From positions 331,569 through 395,568 of the forward strand of contig BOLA01000001.1 of the NCBI GenBank assembly GCA_016861265.1: 64,000 nt of DNA. Direction: 5' to 3'. Under the pieces are notes generated by a model. That model did no database searches and was not told the origin of the DNA. It saw only the letters and a program-made list of their open reading frames with translations. The translations under genes and the position numbers were made by a program. Below, piece after piece: positions 1-9,400 of the stretch (position 1 is its first letter; each line of letters starts with the position of its first letter). The stretch is from Patescibacteria group bacterium (GTDB lineage Bacteria > Patescibacteriota > Dojkabacteria > J137).

Positions 1-17
1 ATAATCCACCAGATGTA

Positions 18-623
18 ATGATAAGAGGTGGTGATGCAATTGAAGTGAAAAAAATTGAAGGTGTAAACTCTAATATAGCATTGAACAGTTCTTATCCTAA
101 AGATAAATTGTATGCAGATAGTCCGATGATTACAAATGCCTGCAGAACAGCTGAAGATTGGACTGAAAAGGATTTATTGTATGTTGTGGGAGTCATTAAA
201 GATTCAAAGTTGAAAAAGCTTTGGTTTGTTTATGGAGATTGCTACGCTGCGAATAAAGAAGTCTATGAGCGAATTAGCAATAAAATTTCTCAAGGATTAA
301 ATGAATTGAAAGATGTAGAGTTTGGAGAAACTAATGAGTTGGCAAGAGTTAACAGAGTTGACCCATTAGGCATAACTTACTTGAGAGTAAGAGGAATGTG
401 GGGAATTGAAAATCCACACAGAGTATTCAATTATGTTATTCCTTCACAAGTAGATAATGATTTAGTTGTAAATGCAATAATGCTTAAGACAAAATATGAC
501 TCTTTCCCTGAAATTGATAGAAAGAATATTGAGAATAAATTGGAGATAAATGATGTAAAAATAAAATCTCCCAATAATCCAGCTAATCTTCTTGATGCAA
601 AAGTTTTAAGTTTTAGAATCTAA
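18..623 (+). CDS. Putative type II restriction endonuclease, partner of the adjacent m5C methyltransferase. It is possibly 5'-partial because the reading frame is open to the window edge.
   Basis: The 201-aa ORF ends 1 nt before the methyltransferase start (TAAcATG), so the two genes are tightly coupled. I recognise no nuclease motif, so the call rests on position alone. No in-frame stop occurs between nt 3 and the ATG at 18. Confidence 0.35.
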   Translation: MIRGGDAIEVKKIEGVNSNIALNSSYPKDKLYADSPMITNACRTAEDWTEKDLLYVVGVIKDSKLKKLWFVYGDCYAANKEVYERISNKISQGLNELKDVEFGETNELARVNRVDPLGITYLRVRGMWGIENPHRVFNYVIPSQVDNDLVVNAIMLKTKYDSFPEIDRKNIENKLEINDVKIKSPNNPANLLDAKVLSFRI

Positions 624-624
624 C

Positions 625-1623
625 ATGAAAGTTGTATCACTTTTTACAGGTGCAGGTGGTCTTGATCTTGGTTTTAAAAAAGCAGGATTTAATATTGTAT
701 GGGCAAATGAATATGACAAAACTATCTGGAGTACTTTTGAAGCAAATTTTCCCGAAACAAAATTAGATAAGAGAAGCATTGTTGATGTACCTAATGAAGA
801 CATCCCAGAAGCAGAAGGGATTGTAGGAGGACCGCCTTGCCAAAGCTGGAGTGAAGCTGGAGCAGGAAGAGGAATAAATGATAAAAGAGGTCAATTATTT
901 TATGAATACATCAGAGTTTTAAAAGATAAACAACCCCTATTCTTTCTTGCAGAAAATGTATCTGGAATATTATCAATTAGGCATAAAGAAGCTTTTACAG
1001 CAATAATTAAAGAGTTTGAAGATGCTGGTTATCATATTAGTTTTGAGCTTTTAAATGCTAATGATTACGGAGTTCCAGAAGACAGGCAAAGAGTAATTAT
1101 TGTAGGATTCCATAAAAAGAAGGTTGGCTTTAAATTTGAATTTCCAAAACCATTAGAGAAAAAACTTAATCTAAAAGATGCAATTGGCGATTTACCTGCT
1201 CCAAAACCAGCATTGAGTTTCAATAAGACAAATGGTGAAGAATTAAGTATTTCTAATCATGAATATATGACTGGCGGATTTTCAACTATGTATATGTCAA
1301 GAAATAGGGTTAGGAGTTGGGATGAACCATCATTCACTATTCAAGCGGGTGGAAGACATGCTCCAATACATCCACAAGCTCCTAAAATGCTTTTTATTGA
1401 GCAAAATAAAAGAATATTTGTTCCTGGTAAAGAAGATTTATACAGAAGACTATCTGTTAGAGAGTGCGCAAGAATCCAAACATTTCCAGATAATTTTATC
1501 TTTAAATATACCAATATTGCAGATGGATATAAGATGATTGGGAATGCTGTACCTGTTGAATTTGCTAAACATATCGCACTAAAGATAAAAGAAGACTTAA
1601 AGAATATAAAATCTGCCAGATAG
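625..1623 (+). CDS. DNA (cytosine-5)-methyltransferase, HaeIII-like.
   Basis: Canonical m5C methyltransferase motifs are present: FTGAGGLDLGF (motif I), GGPPCQSWS (motif IV with the catalytic Cys), FLAENV (motif VI), and QRQRV (motif VIII). The 332-aa length, overall similarity and the variable-region residues (NKTNG, NHEY, MSRNRVRSW, HPQAP, YRRLSVRECARIQTFPD, DGYKMIGNAVPV) match M.HaeIII as I recall it. Confidence 0.9.
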   Translation: MKVVSLFTGAGGLDLGFKKAGFNIVWANEYDKTIWSTFEANFPETKLDKRSIVDVPNEDIPEAEGIVGGPPCQSWSEAGAGRGINDKRGQLFYEYIRVLKDKQPLFFLAENVSGILSIRHKEAFTAIIKEFEDAGYHISFELLNANDYGVPEDRQRVIIVGFHKKKVGFKFEFPKPLEKKLNLKDAIGDLPAPKPALSFNKTNGEELSISNHEYMTGGFSTMYMSRNRVRSWDEPSFTIQAGGRHAPIHPQAPKMLFIEQNKRIFVPGKEDLYRRLSVRECARIQTFPDNFIFKYTNIADGYKMIGNAVPVEFAKHIALKIKEDLKNIKSAR

Positions 1624-1686
1624 ATTATACTTGCATGTAAGATTTTTCTGATTTAAAATAAAATTATACATATAAGTAAGATTTGG

Positions 1687-2532
1687 ATGGTTAACTTTTC
1701 AGATAAATTAATTTCATTTGTAGGAACAACCTTAAGACAAAATCCTACTCTGCTAAATTTTATCAGAGAAGAAAAATATAGAGCTGAAGACACAAATTTA
1801 TCTTATAGACAATTGAATAGCCTAGAAGATGCAAAACTTCTAAAGAATAGTAGAACTTCAAAAAAATCATGGAGAAATTTTAGTTTAAATGACCTTTTTT
1901 ATCTCCACATAATTAGTAAAACTAGAATAGATTTTAATACAAATAATTCAAAGCTATTCGGATTAAAGACTAATTTTTATTCAGACACATTGAACCTTAA
2001 AGATATTGGTGAAATTTTTTATTCTGAAATTGCATTAATTGCTCTACTATTAAAAGTAATACCTGTAGGAATATTAATTTACAGCGATGGAGAGTCAATA
2101 TTTACAGATAATGAGGCAAGTGCTACTTTTCCTTTTTTTACAGGGAATAAAGACTTGAAAGGACGCTCATGCATTTATTTAATGCTTTACTCTACTTTCC
2201 AAAATACTATTGAAAAGGTGATTGAAGATAAACATTTTAAGAAAAGTTTTAACTTGGACCAACTTAAGACAGCATATTTAGCTAAACCAACTACTTCTAA
2301 ACAAAGAGCAATTCTTGAGATTATTGAAAAAGGTGATTATTCCGAAATTTCAATAAAGAAGAAAAAGAATGGTGAATTAGTTATTAATGCTGTTAAAACA
2401 GTTGATGGGAGCAAAATAAATAGGAAGGACATAATGGCACTTTATTCAGAAATAAAATATGGAAGCGTGGAATTGATAAAGCAAGATGAGAAAGATGCAA
2501 GCTTTAGAATTAAAAATGTTTTTAAAATTTAA
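1687..2532 (+). CDS. Hypothetical protein (281 aa), cargo of the putative integrated element.
   Basis: A long ORF with AT-rich codon usage typical of the rest of the window. I recognise no motif. Confidence 0.5.
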   Translation: MVNFSDKLISFVGTTLRQNPTLLNFIREEKYRAEDTNLSYRQLNSLEDAKLLKNSRTSKKSWRNFSLNDLFYLHIISKTRIDFNTNNSKLFGLKTNFYSDTLNLKDIGEIFYSEIALIALLLKVIPVGILIYSDGESIFTDNEASATFPFFTGNKDLKGRSCIYLMLYSTFQNTIEKVIEDKHFKKSFNLDQLKTAYLAKPTTSKQRAILEIIEKGDYSEISIKKKKNGELVINAVKTVDGSKINRKDIMALYSEIKYGSVELIKQDEKDASFRIKNVFKI

Positions 2533-2629
2533 ATTTTGAGCTGTAAAAAGGCAGGAATTTAGAATATTAAATTTATATAAGCAAGGCGTTGAGATGAACT
2601 CAGGCTAAAGCAAATTATTTGTTTTAGTC

Positions 2630-2803
2630 ATGAGCGCCACAAAAAAATATGTAGATGGAACAAAAAATCCAATTAGGAATTTGCCCGAATTAATTAAAGC
2701 AGTTCAAGAACATAAGAAGAAATTTAAAACTGCTAAAATCAAAAATAAATCAAATAAAATTAAGTTTTTGATGAGAGATAAATCAGGAACTTACATGCTT
2801 TAA
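2630..2803 (+). CDS. Possible small Lys-rich basic protein (57 aa) directly upstream of the recombinase gene.
   Basis: The ATG at 2630 runs to a TAA at 2801-2803, which lies 3 nt before the recombinase ATG. The translation MSATKKYVDGTKNPIRNLPELIKAVQEHKKKFKTAKIKNKSNKIKFLMRDKSGTYML is strongly basic. It falls below the 60-aa cutoff of the ORF track. Confidence 0.25.
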   Translation: MSATKKYVDGTKNPIRNLPELIKAVQEHKKKFKTAKIKNKSNKIKFLMRDKSGTYML

Positions 2804-2806
2804 ACT

Positions 2807-4441
2807 ATGAATGAAAACTCTAATCTTCTTGAAAGTGAACAATACAAGGAAGCACTTCTAAAATATGCAGAAGCTTATAATTTTAAGAAGAAGAAAACTA
2901 AAGGTGAGCAACAACTTTTAGATGGTAAGAGATACTATGTTATCTATGCAAGAAAATCCACTGAAGATGATAAAAGACAGGTTCAGTCCATTGAAGACCA
3001 GATTGAACAATGTATGAAATTTGCGAAAGCAAATGATTTGCAAATAGTGGCAGAACCAATAAAGGAAGAAAAAAGCGCTAAGATTGCTGGGAAAAGAGAA
3101 AAGTTTACAGAAATGCTCAAGAGACTTGAGAAAGGTGACCTTTACAACAGTATTCTTGCATGGCATCCTGACAGACTTGCGAGGAATATGAAAGAATCAG
3201 GCGAGATTTTGGATTTACTTGATAATGACATAATTGTTGACCTTAAGTTCCCTTCTTATACTTTCAATAATGATGCAGCGGGAAAAATGACTTTGAGTAT
3301 TTTATTTGCTATGGCAAAAGAATTTTCAGATAAACTTTCAGAAGATACAAAAAGAGGTATTAGAAAAAAAGTGCGTGATGGTAAATATGTAGGTACTTCT
3401 AAAAAAGGATATTTCAACAATGAGAATGGATATTTTAGAAAAGATGATGAGAAATTCCAAATTTATTCACAGGCATGGAAAATGTATAAGGAAAAGAAAA
3501 CGCAAAGTGAGATTATTGATTTTCTCAATGCAAATGGCGAGGAGATGAATACTAATAGTATGTCATTGTATTTTCAAGACCCATTTTCCGCTGGAATATA
3601 TTGTTATGGAGACCAAGTGGTTGATATTAGAAATGTAGACCCAAAATTTCAAGCTGTAGTGACCCCTAAAGACTTTATTTCTGTACAAAAGATAATTGGT
3701 TCAAATCAAAGAGGCTGGCGAAATACTGATGAATTTAGACCATTCAATGAATTTGTTATTTGTGCTGATTGTGGTAATCCAATGACTTCAGGATTAAGCA
3801 CTGGAAAAGCAGGCATGAGATATTTAAATATAACCTGTGGCAATAGAAGGTGTAAGGAGAAAAGAAGGGAATTAAAACTTAAACCTATCGCAAATACAAT
3901 TAGAGGTGAAGCTATTGTGGAGCTTGCAATTAACACTATTGATAATTTATTGAAAATAACTGAAGAAACTTATGAAAAAGCAAAACACAATTACTTTGAA
4001 GAAAGAAATGAAGTCATTAAATCTGTTAATCAGCAACTAAGGACTTTAAGGGTAAAATACACAAAACTGGACTCAAAATCCAAGCAAATAAGTGACAAGT
4101 TCACTGAAAAACATTCAGATGACATTAACAAAAGACTTTCTGATGATTTGAGTATAGTTTTAAGTGAAATGAGAACTTTGGAATCAAATATTAATAAGCT
4201 TGAAAAACAAGCTAAAGATATAGAGTTTGAACTTGAATCTGAATTTCCAGATTATGAAACTTTTCTGAACTTTTTCAATGACATTACTAGTACACTAAAA
4301 ACCACCGAAGATGCCTACTTGGCGTACCAACTAGTCAAACTAGTGTTTATGAACACAAAAGTTAAAGACAAAAACATTGTAGGTTATACATTACAGGAAT
4401 CTTTTAGTGCTTATGAAGGTTTAAATTCACAAATGGGGTAG
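2807..4441 (+). CDS. Large serine recombinase (integrase-type).
   Basis: The N-terminal resolvase-type catalytic domain is present (YVIYARKSTEDDKRQVQSIEDQ with the active-site Ser, and WHPDRLARN). The C-terminal region has a zinc-ribbon-like segment (CADCGNPM...CGNRRC) followed by a long coiled-coil. The 3' end of the gene overlaps the 3' end of tRNA-His. Confidence 0.85.
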   Translation: MNENSNLLESEQYKEALLKYAEAYNFKKKKTKGEQQLLDGKRYYVIYARKSTEDDKRQVQSIEDQIEQCMKFAKANDLQIVAEPIKEEKSAKIAGKREKFTEMLKRLEKGDLYNSILAWHPDRLARNMKESGEILDLLDNDIIVDLKFPSYTFNNDAAGKMTLSILFAMAKEFSDKLSEDTKRGIRKKVRDGKYVGTSKKGYFNNENGYFRKDDEKFQIYSQAWKMYKEKKTQSEIIDFLNANGEEMNTNSMSLYFQDPFSAGIYCYGDQVVDIRNVDPKFQAVVTPKDFISVQKIIGSNQRGWRNTDEFRPFNEFVICADCGNPMTSGLSTGKAGMRYLNITCGNRRCKEKRRELKLKPIANTIRGEAIVELAINTIDNLLKITEETYEKAKHNYFEERNEVIKSVNQQLRTLRVKYTKLDSKSKQISDKFTEKHSDDINKRLSDDLSIVLSEMRTLESNINKLEKQAKDIEFELESEFPDYETFLNFFNDITSTLKTTEDAYLAYQLVKLVFMNTKVKDKNIVGYTLQESFSAYEGLNSQMG

Positions 4442-4509
4442 AAGATGGGACTCGAACCCACAACACCTCGCTCCACAGGCGAGTGCTCTACCATTGAGCT
4501 ACTTCCACC
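4434..4509 (-). tRNA. tRNA-His (anticodon GTG), with an encoded G-1 and an encoded CCA.
   Basis: The sequence folds manually into a cloverleaf: a 7-bp acceptor stem with one G-U pair, a GCTC/GAGC D-stem, anticodon loop CTGTGGA, and T-loop TTCGAGT. An extra 5' G opposite the discriminator C is the His-specific feature. Confidence 0.85.
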
Positions 4510-4519
4510 ATACAAGTAA

Positions 4520-4585
4520 GCGCAGAATTATATCATTAAACACTAGCTACCTAAAGTTCTAACACTGCGCAAAGCATTATATCAT
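4520..4585 (-). promoter_or_regulatory. Candidate tRNA-His promoter region with two imperfect direct repeats, each containing a TATAAT on the minus strand.
   Basis: The two repeats are GCGCAGAATTATATCAT and GCGCAAAGCATTATATCAT. The reverse complement of each gives ATGATATAAT. The proximal repeat ends about 17 nt upstream of the tRNA 5' end. Confidence 0.3.
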
Positions 4586-4630
4586 AAATATATTGAATAT
4601 TTACTGCTGTACAAATGCTATAATTTTTAT

Positions 4631-4993
4631 ATGACTCAAGACCGCCTTTTAGGTGACACAACAATTACTTCCGAAACTCTATCCGAAATGCTAAGAACAC
4701 TAGATAATTCTAGCCCAGAAGTTCTAGATCAGATTGCAGAAAGACTCAAGAATATTGCAATGGCCCCTGCTCTGCGAGTTATAGAGGTATTAAGAATATT
4801 GGTTCAATTAAAAATGAATTTAACTACCTACTGTAACTATCAAGGAATTGACATAATGGCGGATGAGCCCGTAGCAAACGAAATACGTCAAGAAATTCAA
4901 TCGGTATATTTGGACCTAGAAGATGCTGTTATTGAACTGAGAAAGCATATTAGCGGACCATTGTCAGCAGGAACCGATGACAAAACAATATAG
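4631..4993 (+). CDS. Hypothetical protein (120 aa).
   Basis: An ORF with moderately elevated GC and no recognisable motif. Confidence 0.4.
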   Translation: MTQDRLLGDTTITSETLSEMLRTLDNSSPEVLDQIAERLKNIAMAPALRVIEVLRILVQLKMNLTTYCNYQGIDIMADEPVANEIRQEIQSVYLDLEDAVIELRKHISGPLSAGTDDKTI

Positions 4994-5040
4994 TGGTGAT
5001 ACAACAATCCTGCTATTTAAATTCCTGGAGGTGGTGTCTA

Positions 5041-5208
5041 ATGGAAAAGGCAACGCACTTTATTGGCGACAGTGAGAATACCCGCGATCTGTACTACTTC
5101 GATGAAGTACAGAAGAGCTGGATGTTCTACAACCGCGCACTGGGGCATTGGGTAAAATCCAAGATTAACCCCACCGTGCATTCCAACTGTCGTAAGATTG
5201 CCGCCTAA
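5041..5208 (+). CDS. Small hypothetical protein (55 aa). It is GC-rich and carries a strong Shine-Dalgarno sequence.
   Basis: GGAGGTGGTG lies 6 nt upstream of the ATG at 5041. GC is about 50% with GC-ending codons, unlike the neighbouring genes. The ORF track reports an extended frame starting at 4993. Confidence 0.4.
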   Translation: MEKATHFIGDSENTRDLYYFDEVQKSWMFYNRALGHWVKSKINPTVHSNCRKIAA

Positions 5209-5237
5209 ATAGCTTTAGGAGGGCTGGATTTTCAGCC

Positions 5238-5915
5238 CTACCTACCCAATTTAACCCTATTGAATATTCTTTCCCTGTTTTCAATTAGAATTAGTACTGC
5301 AATTACATATACTCCCGATAGCAAGTAACTTGCAATAACGTCACTTGGCCAGTGTACGCCTATATAAACTCGGGAGAACCCGATTAGAAAAGCCAACAAA
5401 AATGCGATTGTCAATAAGAGTAACTTAAGCGGTTTGTTTTTTGTAAGTGTTGATAATAAGTAGAAAAGCACTCCCCAAAAACAAACCGCTGCAAACGCGT
5501 GTCCGCTAGGAAAGCTAAATCCATGTTCTACGATTAAGCCGTCTATCGGCCTTGCTCTCTGTACAATATTTTTAACTACAAATGTTATAACAGCACTCCC
5601 TCCGAATGTTAAAAATATTGCAACTAGTTGAGTATATTTTTTAAATAACAAAAATAGAATGCATACAAGCATGAAGCTCAGTAAAAGCGGCTCTGAATTA
5701 CCCAACTGTGTTACTCCCAAAAAGAAATTATTCAATTGAGGATCCCGTACTGTGGAAAAATATTGAGAAATAGAATTATCTGCATTTACTACTTTAGAAT
5801 CGCTCTCGTAAACATCTTCAAGAATGGCTGAAAATAATCCTAATAGAATCGAAAATATTAATGCTAAAAAAACAATTGTATTATGCTTGGAAATCCAAGA
5901 TCTTAGGGAATTCAT
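5238..5915 (-). CDS. PAP2-family membrane phosphatase (PgpB/BcrC-like).
   Basis: The three PAP2 motifs are present: KNIVQRARP (KxxxxxxRP), SFPSGHA (PSGH) and SRVYIGVHWPSDV (SRxxxxxHxxxD). There are multiple transmembrane helices. Confidence 0.8.
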   Translation of the reverse strand: MNSLRSWISKHNTIVFLALIFSILLGLFSAILEDVYESDSKVVNADNSISQYFSTVRDPQLNNFFLGVTQLGNSEPLLLSFMLVCILFLLFKKYTQLVAIFLTFGGSAVITFVVKNIVQRARPIDGLIVEHGFSFPSGHAFAAVCFWGVLFYLLSTLTKNKPLKLLLLTIAFLLAFLIGFSRVYIGVHWPSDVIASYLLSGVYVIAVLILIENRERIFNRVKLGR

Positions 5916-5931
5916 TTATTCAAACTAACAA

Positions 5932-6438
5932 TTATTTTAAATCTTCTGCTGGTGTACAATTTTGCAAAGCATGATCTGCTGATTGCTCGTTATAGCCGTA
6001 GTATTTAAGAAGTATCTTAGAAGCATCTTCTTTAGTCTTATTTATAAAATCTTCGACAGGAGAAGATAAGACATTTAAAGTTCCTGTCACTTCCTCATAA
6101 GTCTTTAATCTGTTTGTACCAGGTAATATGGAGTATAGCTGTTGGTTATCAGCAGTGTAGCAGTAAATTTCTAAACCTTTTAATGGTAGCTTTACATTAG
6201 TGGAATTATTATTCAAGCATGCTTTTAATGTACAGGAAACTGAACCATTATTACATGCACACATGTTGCAGTTATCGCTGCTCATGAATTTGTCCCCATT
6301 ATCGTAGACCACACCATTATACAAACACTGCACTCTTCTATTATAAAAGTTAATGGAAATAATAGATGTAATGCAGGCAAATATAAAAATACCTATCGAA
6401 GCTAATATTAAAAATATTTTTATATTTCGTTTATCCAT
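5932..6438 (-). CDS. Small membrane-anchored Cys-rich protein (168 aa).
   Basis: An N-terminal transmembrane helix is followed by CLYNGVVYDNGDKFMSSDNCNMCACNNGSVSCTLKAC. Its Cys spacing resembles a von Willebrand type C domain. Confidence 0.5.
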   Translation of the reverse strand: MDKRNIKIFLILASIGIFIFACITSIISINFYNRRVQCLYNGVVYDNGDKFMSSDNCNMCACNNGSVSCTLKACLNNNSTNVKLPLKGLEIYCYTADNQQLYSILPGTNRLKTYEEVTGTLNVLSSPVEDFINKTKEDASKILLKYYGYNEQSADHALQNCTPAEDLK

Positions 6439-6462
6439 ACTCCTATTATAACCACTTTCTAA

Positions 6463-9400
6463 CTAATGTAAGTTAAATTTATTATGATTTTCCTGAATTA
6501 CTTGATCATGTAAATCTAAGTTCGACGTTAAATTCTCACTTTGGGTAGATGGTTTTAAATTTAACTGTGCTTTAATTTTATTCTCCTCTCCTATTTCAAG
6601 TTCAGATTCTTCTACTCCAAATCCCGGTTTAGTAGCAATCGCTGTGTAAATACCTTCTTCAATACCGAATTTGGCAACTCCTTTTTTATCTGTTAAATCC
6701 ATATCTATTAATTTTCTATCTTTATAAATTCTTACAACAGCACCAGCTAATTTAGAATCATTACCCATAACGGTGACCTTCTTTAAAAATAGAGAGTATA
6801 AGCTTGGGTAGCTAACTATAATAAACAAGACTGAATAAATTGCTAATAGAATAACATTTTGAGTGGATGGTTGCGCTACCTGTTCATAAATAGTTACTAT
6901 ATAACCCCAGATTGCGGCTAGTACATATGCTATTCTTGACCACTTGATTAGGCTATTTGTATTAAATGCAAATAGTCTTCTTGCTGTGGTTACCTCCTTA
7001 GTTGGGTCTAATGCAATATCTAAATTTCCCGGTAGAGGCTTTAAAAAGTATTCATAACCTAAAGCTTTAACTTCAATGGTTAAATTCCTTGACGGAAGCG
7101 AAAGTAATTTGTACCTTCCTTCCAGATCAGTTAAATATGTTTCGATTTGGTCGGCCGCAACATTATTCGCCATAACACTTTTGCGCAATATACTAACCTT
7201 TGCAAATGAAATAGGTTTTAGTGTTGTTGAATTATAAATAACTCCACCATAATTTTTGTTTCTGTTTAATAAACTATCTGTTAACAAAGGAATAACTCCA
7301 AGTATGTTACCTTTACTAAAGGCTAAATAAATTCCTAACAATAACAATATTAAAAAAAGTAAGACTGCAGCAAAGTTTAGTGGGTAATTTGGATTAGAAC
7401 TTTTAGCAAATTCTACTAATACGCTCATAACAAGACTTAAGGTTTTTTCTGATTCTGTATTATTTACAAGTTCATCAATTGCCTGCTCAGGATTTCCGTT
7501 ATTAACTGTAGTCTTTGTATCATTATTTGCAAACGAAACAGGATACTGTTCTTTAACCGGAATATACGATACCGGCTTATTGTTACTACTTACATTATTA
7601 CCCGTAGTAATTGCATTGTTATTATTGCCCAAATTGCCTGTATTGTTCCCTCCGTTACCCGTACTATTATTTCCACCATTATTGTTATTACCCCCGTTGC
7701 CTCCATTATTTCCACTAACATTGTCACCACCACCGTTGTCCCCTCCTCCACTATCAGGAGTCCCGAATGGATCTTTGTAAATTAATACCTGTCCCCTATT
7801 TGTATCGTATGCAAATAGATTATCGTTACTATCGAAAGTCAAGGAAAATACCCAGCCTCCAAAATCCTTAAATCTGCCATCTGCTACAGCATAAACTGGG
7901 TCAGATCTATTAGATAAATTTACAGTTGTAGGATTGTTAAAATATTCTAAGAACCTTGGTCCAAAGTACGGATTGTAACCAACAACCATTCTATTAGTGC
8001 TGTCAAAAGCCGTTTCAAATGTAGCAGCTCCAAATTGTGTAATATTATTAACCCTTGGGAATTCCTTGGTGGCCGAAAGATTAAAGATTATATTATCCGG
8101 ATTTGCAGGAAACAAATCATCTCCAAACATTAATAATCTCCAGTTACCCGCTGCTTCAAAAAAGTGATCAGAAACAAATAGATTCTCATTATTATCTAAA
8201 GATAGTGCTCCTGGTATACACAACATGGATCTATCAGCGGTAACATTTCCATCTATATTCGGCGGAGCAACAATACCTTTATTACATTCAACTCCAGATA
8301 GACTTGTTTGACCAAGTACTATATCGACTACGGGATTATCTAAAGGATCGTGTATTCTAAATACTCTATTATTATCCGGATTTGATACCCATAAATATTC
8401 ACTGTGTGGAGCAACTGCAATTCCACCTATTGTATTTAATATACTTACAGAACCACCTCCCTTAGCGTTAAAACTTGGCGTGAGTATTGTAATTGGTGTT
8501 GAAGAATTATTTAGTGGCGCCTGATAAACATAAATTTGAGTCCCCTTTACAACATAAACTTTTCCATCTAAATCTGATTTCATAATCGAATAACCGGGAT
8601 CTGGTTTATCTGTAGCTGATGCTGCTCCAACATAACCATCCGGTGCAACTCCACTTGTTTTATTTAAGGGATCGTTCCAATATAACAATCTTCCATCGGC
8701 CACAATAAGTTGATTATTATTTACTGCTAGTCCACCCCATCCACCCTGTTCCAACCTTCTTGCGGTTGTAAGATTGTAACCACCAGGTGGATAAAAAAAG
8801 CTCTTATCTGCTGTGTAAATATCATCATTTGAATCGTAAGCGAATCTGGCAACATCCTGCTGGTACACATATGCAGAAACTAAAATATTGCCCTCAGTAT
8901 CAATTCCAATAGATCCTCCCCCAGGATTCCAATTTGTGAAGTGATGACCAAGCCAGGCTCCGTCTAAATCCCAGTCTCTAAAGCCGGCGCCGGCATCTTC
9001 ACCTTCGTAAGTCCAGAAACCATTACCATCGGGAAACATTTCAATAGAAACAAGTCCCCCTGTTAATGTATCAGAATCAAGAACCGTTTCAAAAGCATTC
9101 ATACCTGTTGTAAACGGAGCCTTGAAAAGTTGGACTCTAGTATTGCCCGTGTCTGCAATATACATGTCCCCATTCGATGCAAAACGAATTGAGGTTGGAC
9201 TTCTTAATCTATCCGCAGTATCATTGGATTCAATTGTTGTAAAACTTTCCTGACCAATTACAATATCCGCTGTTTTTGCAATTGTTCCGCTGTTATTCGG
9301 AAATCTTAAAACTCTATAGTTACCTCCGTCTGCAACCCAGAGATTTCCGTCGTCGTCTAGTGAAACTCCGGCTCCACCACTGTACGTAGAGCTAAAGCAT

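Noticed and set aside
606-1537. Short ORFs at 606..803 on the minus strand and 1322..1537 on the plus strand within the methyltransferase gene.
   Set aside because: They are alternative or antisense frames of a gene with clear m5C methyltransferase motifs.
4993-5040. Upstream extension of the small GC-rich ORF as annotated by the ORF track (start at 4993).
   Set aside because: The ATG at 5041 is preceded by a strong GGAGGTGGTG ribosome-binding site. The extension would overlap the stop of the preceding ORF.
7580-7780. Pro/Leu-rich 66-aa plus-strand ORF.
   Set aside because: It is the antisense frame of the Asn/Gly low-complexity tract inside the 1250-aa gene.
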